The notes below the pieces were generated by a model. The model was not told the DNA's origin, searched no databases, and saw only the letters and a program-made list of their open reading frames with translations. A DNA stretch of 53,163 nt from Salisapilia sapeloensis CBS 127946 (taxonomy: Eukaryota; Protista; Oomycota): assembly GCA_023334545.1 (NCBI GenBank), contig JAADVB010000122.1:1-53163 (forward strand), written 5' to 3'. Below are positions 20,297 to 30,094 of the stretch, one piece after another (positions within the stretch are counted from its first letter, which is position 1; the number at the start of each line of letters is the position of its first letter). The translations under genes were made by a program, and so were the position numbers.

Positions 20297-22177
20297 CTAC
20301 GTCTGCTCCGTCTCCGTCGCCGGTTCCCCCGCCTCCTGCGTCTTTCCTCCACTCTCCTTGTCCATTTCCTCCGGGTGGAACGTCGTCATTTCATCCCAAA
20401 TCAACTTCTGCAACACTGATTTCGTCAACTCTTCATTCTCAAAGTCAAAGTCAAAGTGCTTCTCGGCCGTCGTCTCCTCCTCGAGACATCGCACGCCACT
20501 TAAATACGCATGATTCAACGCTTCATCGACCGTAATGCGCTTATTCGGGTCCATCACAAGCATTTTTTCCATCAAATCCAACGCATCCTCACTAGCATCC
20601 GTCATCAATTGCTTTAACGACTTCACTGGCTGCCCTCCACCTCGTCGATGATACTCTGCGTTCATAAACTTTCTCGCTCGAGCATTCGTTAAAAAGTAAA
20701 GCTCCGAGTCCGACGGCGCACCAAGTGCATTCATGATCAAATGGAGCTGATCGATGTAGTCTTGGCCAGGGAACAAGGGTTTCCGTAGGAGCATTTCGGC
20801 AAAGATGCAGCCGATGGACCATACGTCCACTTCACTCGTGTACTTCATGCAGCCAAGCATGATCTCCGGGGCGCGATACCACCTCGTGACGACGTACTCT
20901 GTCAGTTCCAGCGCTTCGTCTGGAAAGACGCCTCGAGCAAGTCCAAAGTCACATATTTTTAATTCGCAATTGGCATTCACGAGGACATTCGAAGGTTTCA
21001 AGTCACGATGGATGACATTCGCACTATGGACGTACTTGATTGCTGTAAGCATTTGATACATGAAGAAAGCAATGTGTTCATCCGAGAGTGCGTGCCGAGA
21101 GTAGATGACTCGATGGAGATCCGTCGACATGAGTTCCGAGACGATATACACGTCTTCAAAGTGAGATAAAGAAGGAGGAGGGATGAGATCGTGGATCCCT
21201 AGAACACACTTATGAGAGAGATGGCGCATGAGTTTAATCTCTCGGACGATCCGTTTGGCGTCCGTGAGATCATCAAAGGCCTTTGGAATGTTTTTTATAG
21301 CAAACATATTCGTCTCATCATCATTCTCCGATGGCTGAATGGTTACTGGGGTTGGTTGTGTGCCGTCCAGCTCTTCCTTTGGCGTCGAGTCTTTACGTTT
21401 CGGAAGTGTCGGATTGTCAATTTCAGACGCACTGGCGTTGGTAGAGACACGAGTGTCTTTTGCAGAGACCACGACACCATATGCGCCTGATCCGATGGTC
21501 TTTTTGTACGTGTAGTAGTTGGGTATTTCGAATTTCGTACTGGACGTGAGGAAACATTGATACCCGTCTCGATCGGACGGAAGGAACTTGGGTTTACTAC
21601 TAGCTGCGCTCTTTTTTTCCTGCTCTTTCTGTTTCTCACGGAGCTTTCGAGCAGCTTGCTGTCTCGAAGCTTCTTCCCGTCGCTCGTCTTCCAGCACCTG
21701 CTGCCCGTACTCGACGACGACGGACGTGTCGCTGCTGGAAGGCACCATCGCGTGGTTCCAACGCACGGCTTCCTCGAGCATCGTCTTCCATACCTGTAAT
21801 ACTGTCGCTGATTCTGCTTCTAACACCCATCTCTTCACTCCCCATCGCAAATCGATACGATGTGGATGCTTGGTAGAATCCACGGGTGCGAGGTAGTGTG
21901 CTGGTCCGATCGGTGTTTCTGAACAAAAGATCAAGTCGTCTTTATTAAGGTAGTAGCTGAGCGTCATGTGACGCTCTTCGAGACGTAGAATAAAGTATCG
22001 TCGGTTCCATCGCTTCAGGCGTTGCCCGCGTTTTAACAGATATCCTTCTTGTACGATATCTGCACTACGGAAGACGGCTGGTGGAGCGACTGGAGCAGAC
22101 TTGCCGTGGACTAGTCGTTGGAAGATACTCCGTTGCTTCGTGATGTACACGCCGTCCGACGTCGAGGTCGTGACCAT
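20297..22177 (-). CDS. PH-domain MAP kinase (TEY activation loop; oomycete SAK1-type), 626 aa
   Basis: PH domain QEGYLLKRG...WNRRYFIL...W...LEEA. Kinase motifs IGSGAYGVV, AIKNI, HRDLKPSN, DFGLAR, TEYVVTRWYRAPE. Confidence 0.92.
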   Translation of the reverse strand: MVTTSTSDGVYITKQRSIFQRLVHGKSAPVAPPAVFRSADIVQEGYLLKRGQRLKRWNRRYFILRLEERHMTLSYYLNKDDLIFCSETPIGPAHYLAPVDSTKHPHRIDLRWGVKRWVLEAESATVLQVWKTMLEEAVRWNHAMVPSSSDTSVVVEYGQQVLEDERREEASRQQAARKLREKQKEQEKKSAASSKPKFLPSDRDGYQCFLTSSTKFEIPNYYTYKKTIGSGAYGVVVSAKDTRVSTNASASEIDNPTLPKRKDSTPKEELDGTQPTPVTIQPSENDDETNMFAIKNIPKAFDDLTDAKRIVREIKLMRHLSHKCVLGIHDLIPPPSLSHFEDVYIVSELMSTDLHRVIYSRHALSDEHIAFFMYQMLTAIKYVHSANVIHRDLKPSNVLVNANCELKICDFGLARGVFPDEALELTEYVVTRWYRAPEIMLGCMKYTSEVDVWSIGCIFAEMLLRKPLFPGQDYIDQLHLIMNALGAPSDSELYFLTNARARKFMNAEYHRRGGGQPVKSLKQLMTDASEDALDLMEKMLVMDPNKRITVDEALNHAYLSGVRCLEEETTAEKHFDFDFENEELTKSVLQKLIWDEMTTFHPEEMDKESGGKTQEAGEPATETEQT

Positions 22178-22459
22178 CGTACTCGTGTAGGAAGGTGGGA
22201 GGAGCAAAATAAGGTTTAAAACGTACTTTTGATGGGTTCAAACGTTTTTATTGGTCGCGTTACGAACAAATTACCTTATTCCGCACCGTCTAGCACCTGC
22301 TGAACTTCCTTTTATTCCTCTTCAAATACACCTGGAAAAGAGTGTTTTTAACACAAAGACTCTGTACTTTCGACATGAATGTTGCAAAAGTTCATTTTAG
22401 ATCAAAAAGTAGCGATGCAACCTGTCGTTGTATTCCAAACTAGCCGCCAAAGTCAAAAG

Positions 22460-24679
22460 TTAGCGTCGATTGCTCATGAGGTACTCGTCTTCTCCATTCC
22501 CTTGCCTCGTACGTCGTCGGAAGGCATCGGCAAAGGATGCACTGAATGCCCATGCAAGTGCATTCAATCCACCTTGGGAGTAGAAGCACACTTCACTCAT
22601 ATACAACCACGCGTGATTGGCAAATCCACCAAACGTCATGAGCATACCTGTCAACGTCGGTATTAGATAGGCAACAGCAACGATCACGGCACAGGCATTC
22701 AAGTGCCTCGTAGCTCGTCGGTCGCTCTCCGGCTGACTACCCATAGCCCTCACCGTTCGTGTCTTATACGCTAGTTGTAACGAATGCGCCGTGGTGGATA
22801 GCACGAGCATGGACGGGATATAGAAGAGAGCTAAGCGAGCCCATGGGTGGGAGAAGCCTTGGTAGCAGACACGGCAAGGACCGAGGATGTCTGGTAGGAA
22901 GCCAATGGACCCCGTGACCATCGTCAGGATAGCCGCAACTACAGCTGAGCCCCACGCGAGGTAGTGGTATCGAGCCGTGTAGTCCATGTCGGAGGATCTG
23001 TATCCTCGTAGCGCCCTTCCGAGCTCGATGGACATGCAGCCACTAAAGACGAGGATAGCAGTGCCAGTGAACTGTTGTAGGACACGAACAAAGCCACAGA
23101 CGAAGGATGTGGGCGACTGGACACGCATGCTCGCAGTGAACCAGAGCGAGAGGTGGAAGAGGAAGCTGCAGACGCTGAGCCAGTAGAGGAGCGAGAGCGC
23201 TCGTTTCTCGAGAAACGAAGGGTGTTGCCAGAAGCATCCGACGATGAAAGCCGAGCCAAGGAGCGAGAGGCCGGAGACAAAGAGGATGACGACCGAGTGG
23301 GTATTCGTACCGTAGAGTGCGAGGTCATGGTCTAGTAGCTCGGAGCGAGGGAGGGTGCCGACGGTCGGATGCTGCCAGGAGGTCGCATCGACGTGATCAA
23401 CACCACACAAGGACGAGTGTCGAGGACAGGCGAAAGCGATTTGCTTATTCTCGACGTCGAATAACGAATAAAACTTTTTCATGAAAACGTCTCCGAGGAC
23501 CCACATGTCCTGTCCACCTGGTTGGACGAGGATGATGCACGTGAGTCCGACACACATGGAGTAGTCAGAGCCTTCTAGTGTATAGAAGTGTTTGTTCCCA
23601 AGACCGATGGTGAGCGGAGGGAAGTCTGCGCCAGAGCACATGAAGCATTGGAAACCGTACTGGACGAAACCACAGTAGCAACCTTGCGCTTGGGCGTGAT
23701 GGGCGACGCCTTCGAGGAACTCAAGGTACATGTTGCCAGGGACACCGAGGAGAGAGGTACCAGAGTCGACGAAGCCGATGCATCCGCCGACTTTGGCACA
23801 GCCAGAGAGACTGACGTCGCCGACGTGGACGCGATGGATGCCTACGCGCCAGAATGTCCATAGACCGAATTGAGGAAGGACGTTAGTAACTTGCCATTCG
23901 GCGTTGAGAGAGGACATGAGGTCATGGTCGTAGCCTCCAATGTGGAACTGCGAGCCATTCGCGTTGGGCTCTGGAGTGAGGTAAAAGGCAAAGATCGGAG
24001 AGACGGAAGGATGTTGCTCTAGTAGCTGAAAGAAAAGAGGCGGATGGGAAAAAGTAGATAGACCGTCGAACGCGAGGCCGAGGAGACCGTCCGCTTGCAT
24101 CTGCGCCATACTCTTTTCCTCCGTATCGACGACACCGACGCTAGTTTGTGTAATCTCGAACTGGTCTAGACGCACGACGTCGTCACCGAACGTACCGCTA
24201 ACTTTACCACTACCATACTGGACAGAGAAGTCGCCATTAGCGTGCTTGTTCCATGTCGACGACTGGCTCCGGTGGAAGCGATCGTCACCCGCGCACTCGT
24301 CACACTGTTTGCCTGGTACCCATAGATCCGAGGAGCCTGTATCGAAGCACACGATCGTCTTTTGAGGAGGTGTACCGATGGTAATCGGTCCGTAGAACTG
24401 GAACTCCATGAAGTTGGTGAGAGGCACGAAGCCTTGGACGTCAAGGTCCGTGACATTGTAGTGTGGCAGGAACGACGTGGTAAAGTCTGGTAGATGTACT
24501 TCATCTGTAGAAGCGAAGAGGTTGACAGTGGAAGAGGGACGACTGGTGCGGTGTGGATGCTGTAGCTCCTGAACTGGTCGCTCGACGGCGTGTGGGTGGA
24601 GAGGTACTTTGAGCACGTGAGAAGACACACATGTGCATACTAGTAGGATCGAAAGAAGTGGGCGGAAGGTGTGGCCCAT
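22460..24679 (-). CDS. Aspartic protease (pepsin A1) fused to a 7-TM GPCR-like domain (AP-GPCR), 739 aa
   Basis: Signal peptide; catalytic FDTGSSDLWV and VDSGTSLL; YGSG flap; WVLGDVFMKKFYSLFD. About 7 hydrophobic helices follow, with a GCR1/cAMP-receptor-like pattern (LSLLGSAFIV...LLYWLSVC...YSQGGLNALAW). Confidence 0.9.
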   Translation of the reverse strand: MGHTFRPLLSILLVCTCVSSHVLKVPLHPHAVERPVQELQHPHRTSRPSSTVNLFASTDEVHLPDFTTSFLPHYNVTDLDVQGFVPLTNFMEFQFYGPITIGTPPQKTIVCFDTGSSDLWVPGKQCDECAGDDRFHRSQSSTWNKHANGDFSVQYGSGKVSGTFGDDVVRLDQFEITQTSVGVVDTEEKSMAQMQADGLLGLAFDGLSTFSHPPLFFQLLEQHPSVSPIFAFYLTPEPNANGSQFHIGGYDHDLMSSLNAEWQVTNVLPQFGLWTFWRVGIHRVHVGDVSLSGCAKVGGCIGFVDSGTSLLGVPGNMYLEFLEGVAHHAQAQGCYCGFVQYGFQCFMCSGADFPPLTIGLGNKHFYTLEGSDYSMCVGLTCIILVQPGGQDMWVLGDVFMKKFYSLFDVENKQIAFACPRHSSLCGVDHVDATSWQHPTVGTLPRSELLDHDLALYGTNTHSVVILFVSGLSLLGSAFIVGCFWQHPSFLEKRALSLLYWLSVCSFLFHLSLWFTASMRVQSPTSFVCGFVRVLQQFTGTAILVFSGCMSIELGRALRGYRSSDMDYTARYHYLAWGSAVVAAILTMVTGSIGFLPDILGPCRVCYQGFSHPWARLALFYIPSMLVLSTTAHSLQLAYKTRTVRAMGSQPESDRRATRHLNACAVIVAVAYLIPTLTGMLMTFGGFANHAWLYMSEVCFYSQGGLNALAWAFSASFADAFRRRTRQGNGEDEYLMSNRR

Positions 24680-24883
24680 ATCTACCTCTGGTAGAGCAAG
24701 AGAGAGGAAGGAATGGATACCGAGATGGATCCTGCCGAGGTAGATGATGCAGGTCGAATTTCGATTCTGATGCGATAGAAAGAACAAGTAATTTGATTCC
24801 AATTTAAGAGTCGCAAGGTAGAACGCGACGGGAGTATGAATGCTACGTGATTTCGAGACACTCGTTCTCAATTCTGATTATGC

Positions 24884-25786
24884 TCAGTTGCACGATCCTT
24901 GGAAGCGATGGGTGAGCTTGTCGTGGACGATACTGTTCAGCAAGGCTTTGACTTGTTTCGTTGCTTCACCGAGTAAGGTATCGTAGATGCTCCCCTTTTT
25001 ATTCAGCACATCGACCGAGAAGTTGCTGAGCTTGCGTAGGATAGTGTCAATGAAAGACCCGGATTGGTCGATATTAAAGTCCAGTTGAGTAATTTCATCC
25101 AATCCGATTGAAATATCGGATATACTGGCAGACTTGGTGCGCGTGGTAATCTGGTTCCACATACCATCAAAGTCGTTCGAGATAAGTACGGAAAACAAGT
25201 CGTTTACGGTGAATAATTCACAGTCGGGTGTATCGGAGGAACATTCAACCATCGGGACGTGCAGAGTCGGTGTAAACCTTGCCTTCTTCGCACCAAACGC
25301 CACGGTCATGGTAATGCTGGATGATCCGCATGATGAAGATACAGTATCCCCTAGCTGCGTCCAACAAACATCATACCAGTGGTAATCCTGCTGCGTAAAG
25401 TGTAGGTTTAGTGTCACAGAACCCGATACTTGGTTATCAAATGCAACGGTCGTGGATAGTAAATCTGCGCTTTGGGCTTTCAAGTGATCTGGATGTACGG
25501 ACGATAATCCGCTGACATGCAATAGTTGCAACGTCGGAACGATGGAGAACGTATACGCGTTTAGGACTGTGAATTCTGTCTCATGGAGGGACTTGTCCTT
25601 CATGTCCAGTGGGTCGTAGTTTGCCAGTTCATACTCCAGTAACTCGGAGTCATAGGCCAAATCCAGGATAGTGTTCAGCAGCTTTAACTGCTCGTCTTTC
25701 CGTGTATAGTCCAAGTCCTGGCAACCTTGTACAGCAGTGCCGAGCACAAGTAGTACACCGATGAGAAGGCTAGTCCAGCGGCCCAT
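24884..25786 (-). CDS. Secreted 6-Cys protein of unknown function, paralog of 26269-27153, 300 aa
   Basis: Signal peptide; shared blocks with its neighbour, e.g. C..DCE.F.VNDL....DFD.....RTKSASI. Confidence 0.8.
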   Translation of the reverse strand: MGRWTSLLIGVLLVLGTAVQGCQDLDYTRKDEQLKLLNTILDLAYDSELLEYELANYDPLDMKDKSLHETEFTVLNAYTFSIVPTLQLLHVSGLSSVHPDHLKAQSADLLSTTVAFDNQVSGSVTLNLHFTQQDYHWYDVCWTQLGDTVSSSCGSSSITMTVAFGAKKARFTPTLHVPMVECSSDTPDCELFTVNDLFSVLISNDFDGMWNQITTRTKSASISDISIGLDEITQLDFNIDQSGSFIDTILRKLSNFSVDVLNKKGSIYDTLLGEATKQVKALLNSIVHDKLTHRFQGSCN

Positions 25787-26226
25787 GTTCTCCGTCGAAA
25801 AAGAATTAAAATCTGATGTCTTGCCTCAACTTTTTAGATACTAGGTAATTACTTCCCATCCCTTCCGAGTACCATCCTCGGTCATCTCCCGCAACATGTT
25901 CCTTGAATTAACTCGAAAGACATGTTGCTTGCATAACTTTAAAATAGATGCCAGACCGTCATAATCGTAACTTGACATTCATCCATCACGACTGAAATGG
26001 CTTCAGTCCGAGTCGGACGTGGCTTCCTCCCAATCCACGTAACGACAGCTGTCGTGATACATATCTATTATCGTGCCGGAAAAGACGATAGAGAAGATAC
26101 ATCTCAAGCCACGAGCCAATAACGAAGAGGAAATTTCTGATTACGCTGCAACGAATCACTCTCTTAGTCAGTCTCAATTTGAAGTGCTCTTCCAACAGAT
26201 CCTGTCATGACTGGCGCAGTACGATC

Positions 26227-26240
26227 TCATTCTAGCTTTT
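26227..26240 (+). promoter_or_regulatory. Oomycete Inr+FPR core promoter element
   Basis: TCATTCTAGCTTTT matches TCAYTYBNNNWTTY, 28 nt upstream of ATG 26269. Confidence 0.65.
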
Positions 26241-26268
26241 AGCTTCTACTCACCAAACCTTCCCAAAG

Positions 26269-27153
26269 ATGTTCAAGTCAATCATGCTCGCTGGCGCAGC
26301 CGCGCTTGCCTCGGTCTCGGCCCAAGAATGCCAACCGATGGACTTCACCACCAAGTCGGCTGACTTTGGCACGCTCAACTCGTTGATCGAGGTGGCTGCT
26401 AGCAGCGGATTGCTCACAAGCTTCATTCCGGACCCTGTCGAAGTGAAGGACAAGAAGATTGACGGCATCGACTTTAGCCTCCTCGGCCTGGACTTCACGG
26501 CCACGCCGACGATTGATGAGCTGACTATCGACGGTATCAGCGGCATTGCTCCTCGCACGCTCGATGTCATGACGGCGAACGAGCTGACGCTTGGCACGAA
26601 CTTCACCACGACGCTGACGGTCAACCTCCACCTGACGGTCACGATCAAACAGAACAACAAGCCTGCTCTGTGTTTGACGGACCCGAGCTTTGACTTCTCG
26701 AACTGCAAGCCGTCCACGATCCCGATGACCGTCGATTTCTCGGTTGTCAAGCCGGAAGCTAGCCTCGACGTCATTGCCAATGTGAACGAGTGTGCGTCTT
26801 CCGCTACTGACTGTGAAGCCTTCGACGTGAACGACTTGCTTAACGGTGCTCTTGCCGGTGACTTCGACTCGCTCCTCGGCAACATCCTGTACCGCACCAA
26901 GAGCGCTTCGATCGACAAGCTCGACTTTGACTTCGAAAAGATCGAAGAGCTTGCGTTCCACTTTGACAAGTCGCTCAACTTTGCCAAGAAGCTGTCGGAG
27001 CTCCTATACAACTTGAGCGAAGACCTTGTGAACAAGAAGGGTTTGTACTACAAGATCGCGATGCCGATCGCTGAGAAGGCTGGCAAGTCGATCTTGAACG
27101 ATGTGCTTAGCAAGGTCGAGTTCGGTAACTCGTGTGGTGCCTACTCTGCCTAA
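26269..27153 (+). CDS. Secreted 6-Cys protein of unknown function, 294 aa, with strong C-ending codon bias
   Basis: Signal peptide MFKSIMLAGAAALASVSA; six Cys placed as in the divergent neighbour; Inr/FPR element upstream. Confidence 0.85.
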   Translation: MFKSIMLAGAAALASVSAQECQPMDFTTKSADFGTLNSLIEVAASSGLLTSFIPDPVEVKDKKIDGIDFSLLGLDFTATPTIDELTIDGISGIAPRTLDVMTANELTLGTNFTTTLTVNLHLTVTIKQNNKPALCLTDPSFDFSNCKPSTIPMTVDFSVVKPEASLDVIANVNECASSATDCEAFDVNDLLNGALAGDFDSLLGNILYRTKSASIDKLDFDFEKIEELAFHFDKSLNFAKKLSELLYNLSEDLVNKKGLYYKIAMPIAEKAGKSILNDVLSKVEFGNSCGAYSA

Positions 27154-27265
27154 GTGATTGTACATCCGACCATCGTAGCAGGTCGATTTAGTCTGTAAGT
27201 CATGTAAAGCATGCAAGTTTTTGACCTTTTTTATTTGTATTGTTCATGTTACATTTCTCCTACAT

Positions 27266-28954
27266 TTAATAAGCATTTGCCCAGTCGGCAAGTCGATCTA
27301 TGGCTTCGTCTAATTCTTCAAACTCGGCACATAGCTCTTCGATCTCAGCGGGAGTAAATCCCTTAGTCGTTGTGCTGAAAATCTCCTCCACACGTTCTCT
27401 TTGATGGTCGGAGAATGACGTCTGGAAAAAGTACTCGAGCATGTGCTGGGTTTCCACTGCATCCATGTAGCCTAAGAATAGCTTCTTGTTGACACGACCA
27501 GGACGGATGAGTGCCGGATCCAGCTTCTCGGGGTGGTTCGTCGTCATGATGACGATACGACCCGGACAATCGATGACGCCGTCGAGGACATTTAATAGTC
27601 CCGACAGGTTCAAACGGTCGTTTTTCATCGACTTGGAGATCTTATCGCTTTGGCCCATCTGAACGATCGCGTTTAAGAGCCCATCTCCATCCTTGGCTTC
27701 AGCCTCCTCTTTCGTCGGAGCCGTAGACTTTGGTTTCTCGTCGACACTCACCTCGGTCATCCACGAATCCTTCTTGTCCGTCCGAGCGTTGACAACGTTC
27801 GAGGCACAGTCAATGTCTTCCATGACGAACACGACGTCTTCAAAGTCCATGCTAATCGGATAGTCCATATCTTTAACGGAGAACTCGAGGTCAAAGACAG
27901 CATCCATTAGTTCTTGGTTCGTCTTGATACGTCCGAGGTTGATGGTGACGATATGTCTTCCAGTGTACTGTGCCACGGCCTTGATGACACTCGTCTTGCC
28001 GGTACCAGGCGGCCCATGCAGCAGCAGACCGAGTTTATACGGGAAGCCTTTAATGCCGAACTTGCCTCGACGTTCGACAAAGTTGTCTAGAAGACGTACG
28101 ATGGGCTCTTTCTCCGAGAAGAAGAGGTTGTCAAACGTCTTCTCTTCGCCTAGTACATACCGCTTGTACTTGATAGAACTATTGTCATCATCTTTCTTGG
28201 AGAAGGAGAAGGTCGACGGCTCTTGGACGTAAAAGTATCGCGAAGTATCTTCTGTCCACTTGCGTCGTTCGTTCTCCTGGTACTTTTCAAACGCTTCTTG
28301 GATAAAGTCATCGATACGCTGCGTACCATCCTCAATCTTTGACCGGAAGAAAAAAGAGGTCTTGGTTTTCGTAATTGTCGAGCTTTTCTTATCTTCCTCG
28401 TTCTGGTCTTTCGGAGATTCAGACGTGTGTAGGAATTCGATACCTTCAACTAGGTGAACCCACTTGTCTGGTAGCGGAAACGATTCGACCATCAGACGTT
28501 CGATCTCGTGCGAGTTGTCCGAGACGTCACCCAAGACGGAATAATCAGAGTCAGTCTCAGCGTTGGACTCGTCTTCCGTATCCTTTGTTACCGTCTTCTT
28601 TGTCTTTTTCTGCAATTCGTACATAGCGTTCTGATTGTGCATGTTAATGACATCGGCGATGTGGATAGACAAAGCTTTCTGTAACAGCTTATTCTTCTCC
28701 CCATTGTCGTCGTACATGCGACCGTACTTGTTAAACGATTCTGAGGTTTCCACCACTCGTTCGACGTAGATTTCCGGAGGTTCCTGGAAGAAGGAAGCGA
28801 AGAATGCACCGATACTAGCTGGTGTTTGCTCCAAATGGACAAAGATCCGTTGAATAAGAAGTGGGATGCACATGCATAGTAGCGTGTCCAGCATGAAGTT
28901 TCCAGTCCGAAGGGTTTCAATCAGTCCGAATTCGAGGGACGTGGAGGAAGACAT
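27266..28954 (-). CDS. BCS1-like AAA+ ATPase, 562 aa
   Basis: LGLLLHGPPGTGKTS Walker A; VFVMEDID Walker B; LNLSGLLNVLDG; RIVIMTTNHPEKLDPALIRPGR. Confidence 0.9.
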   Translation of the reverse strand: MSSSTSLEFGLIETLRTGNFMLDTLLCMCIPLLIQRIFVHLEQTPASIGAFFASFFQEPPEIYVERVVETSESFNKYGRMYDDNGEKNKLLQKALSIHIADVINMHNQNAMYELQKKTKKTVTKDTEDESNAETDSDYSVLGDVSDNSHEIERLMVESFPLPDKWVHLVEGIEFLHTSESPKDQNEEDKKSSTITKTKTSFFFRSKIEDGTQRIDDFIQEAFEKYQENERRKWTEDTSRYFYVQEPSTFSFSKKDDDNSSIKYKRYVLGEEKTFDNLFFSEKEPIVRLLDNFVERRGKFGIKGFPYKLGLLLHGPPGTGKTSVIKAVAQYTGRHIVTINLGRIKTNQELMDAVFDLEFSVKDMDYPISMDFEDVVFVMEDIDCASNVVNARTDKKDSWMTEVSVDEKPKSTAPTKEEAEAKDGDGLLNAIVQMGQSDKISKSMKNDRLNLSGLLNVLDGVIDCPGRIVIMTTNHPEKLDPALIRPGRVNKKLFLGYMDAVETQHMLEYFFQTSFSDHQRERVEEIFSTTTKGFTPAEIEELCAEFEELDEAIDRLADWANAY

Positions 28955-28996
28955 GGTGCTTGAGAAGGTTTTTGGTTTGCTTTCTTGGTCGAAAGT

Positions 28997-29010
28997 GAAT
29001 TAAGAAGTGA
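28997..29010 (-). promoter_or_regulatory. Oomycete Inr+FPR core promoter element
   Basis: Minus-strand TCACTTCTTAATTC matches TCAYTYBNNNWTTY, 42 nt upstream of the AAA ATPase ATG. Confidence 0.65.
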
Positions 29011-30094
29011 GTGAGCTCTGGATGAAGAAAGTTGAGTGGATACACTCGAATGACTTGATACTGGTGCTCAATTTAAACTACGAGATGGGTTCATCTTCAT
29101 CTGAGCACCAGTTGTCAGCATTTCGACCAGTCATGCGCTTCTAAATCCTTGTGAGACACAAGTGAACCATCACTCACGAGGTATCCTCTACCGTTCTTAG
29201 TCACTACACCGTCCATGAATGGCTTGAAAAGATCACTTAATGAGTAATTAGAATTTGTAGTAATCGAAATCCACGATAGAATATGATTTCAGATGTGTTT
29301 ATTCTTGCCTCAGCTCTTCCTATCCACCTTGTGCGCATATGAATGAGCTTAAAGTATGCTTTTATGCTTCGAGAAAGACAAAGTCTTGTACATGCGCTAT
29401 CTATGCCGCTTCTGACGCACTTTCAATCTGCATAGAGTGTGCCTAGTCTAGTCATTTCGAGGGTTATATAGATGGATTCTCACATAGAATAGATTTGCTA
29501 CATCATTTATACTTCCTACTCACTCATCACCTTACTAGATACCTTTGACCTTGGGCAGAATCTAAACTAGTAAATTGCTATATCTTGAGACTTTGCTATC
29601 GTCTTCATAAAGCTATGTTCTCTTTTGATTTCCATCGCCTTATCCATCGGATAGTGCAACTGTGAACATGCTTGTAGAGGTGAGAAGGCACCTCACTATC
29701 CATTAAAGCTTAGGAATAGATGCGATTTTACATATCTTGCTCAGAGCAATTTCGATCCACATTCACGTACGTAGAAGTGACCAAACAGCTCGATGCCCAT
29801 GGTTCATCATTCGATATGAATTCATAAGTACTCTAAACGTATCCATAGTGACACTTTACCTCTAGAAAGATTCGGCTACCGAAGTAGCTCTAGAGATACA
29901 TAAAAGCTTGCAAACATATCTTGCGAATCACTCGATCTTTTTATATCAAATATCCATACCAAGGTGACTCCTTTGACTAGGACGAAGATGACTATTAACC
30001 ATTCTACTGTACGAATCACGTCTGAAAAGCGCAGTCGACACGCATATATTCTTTACGCTCATAGACGAAGACTACGAGTCCTCCGTAAATTCTT

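Noticed and set aside
26278-26961. 227-aa and 261-aa antisense ORFs
   Set aside because: Expected artefact of strong C-ending codon bias in the plus-strand gene.
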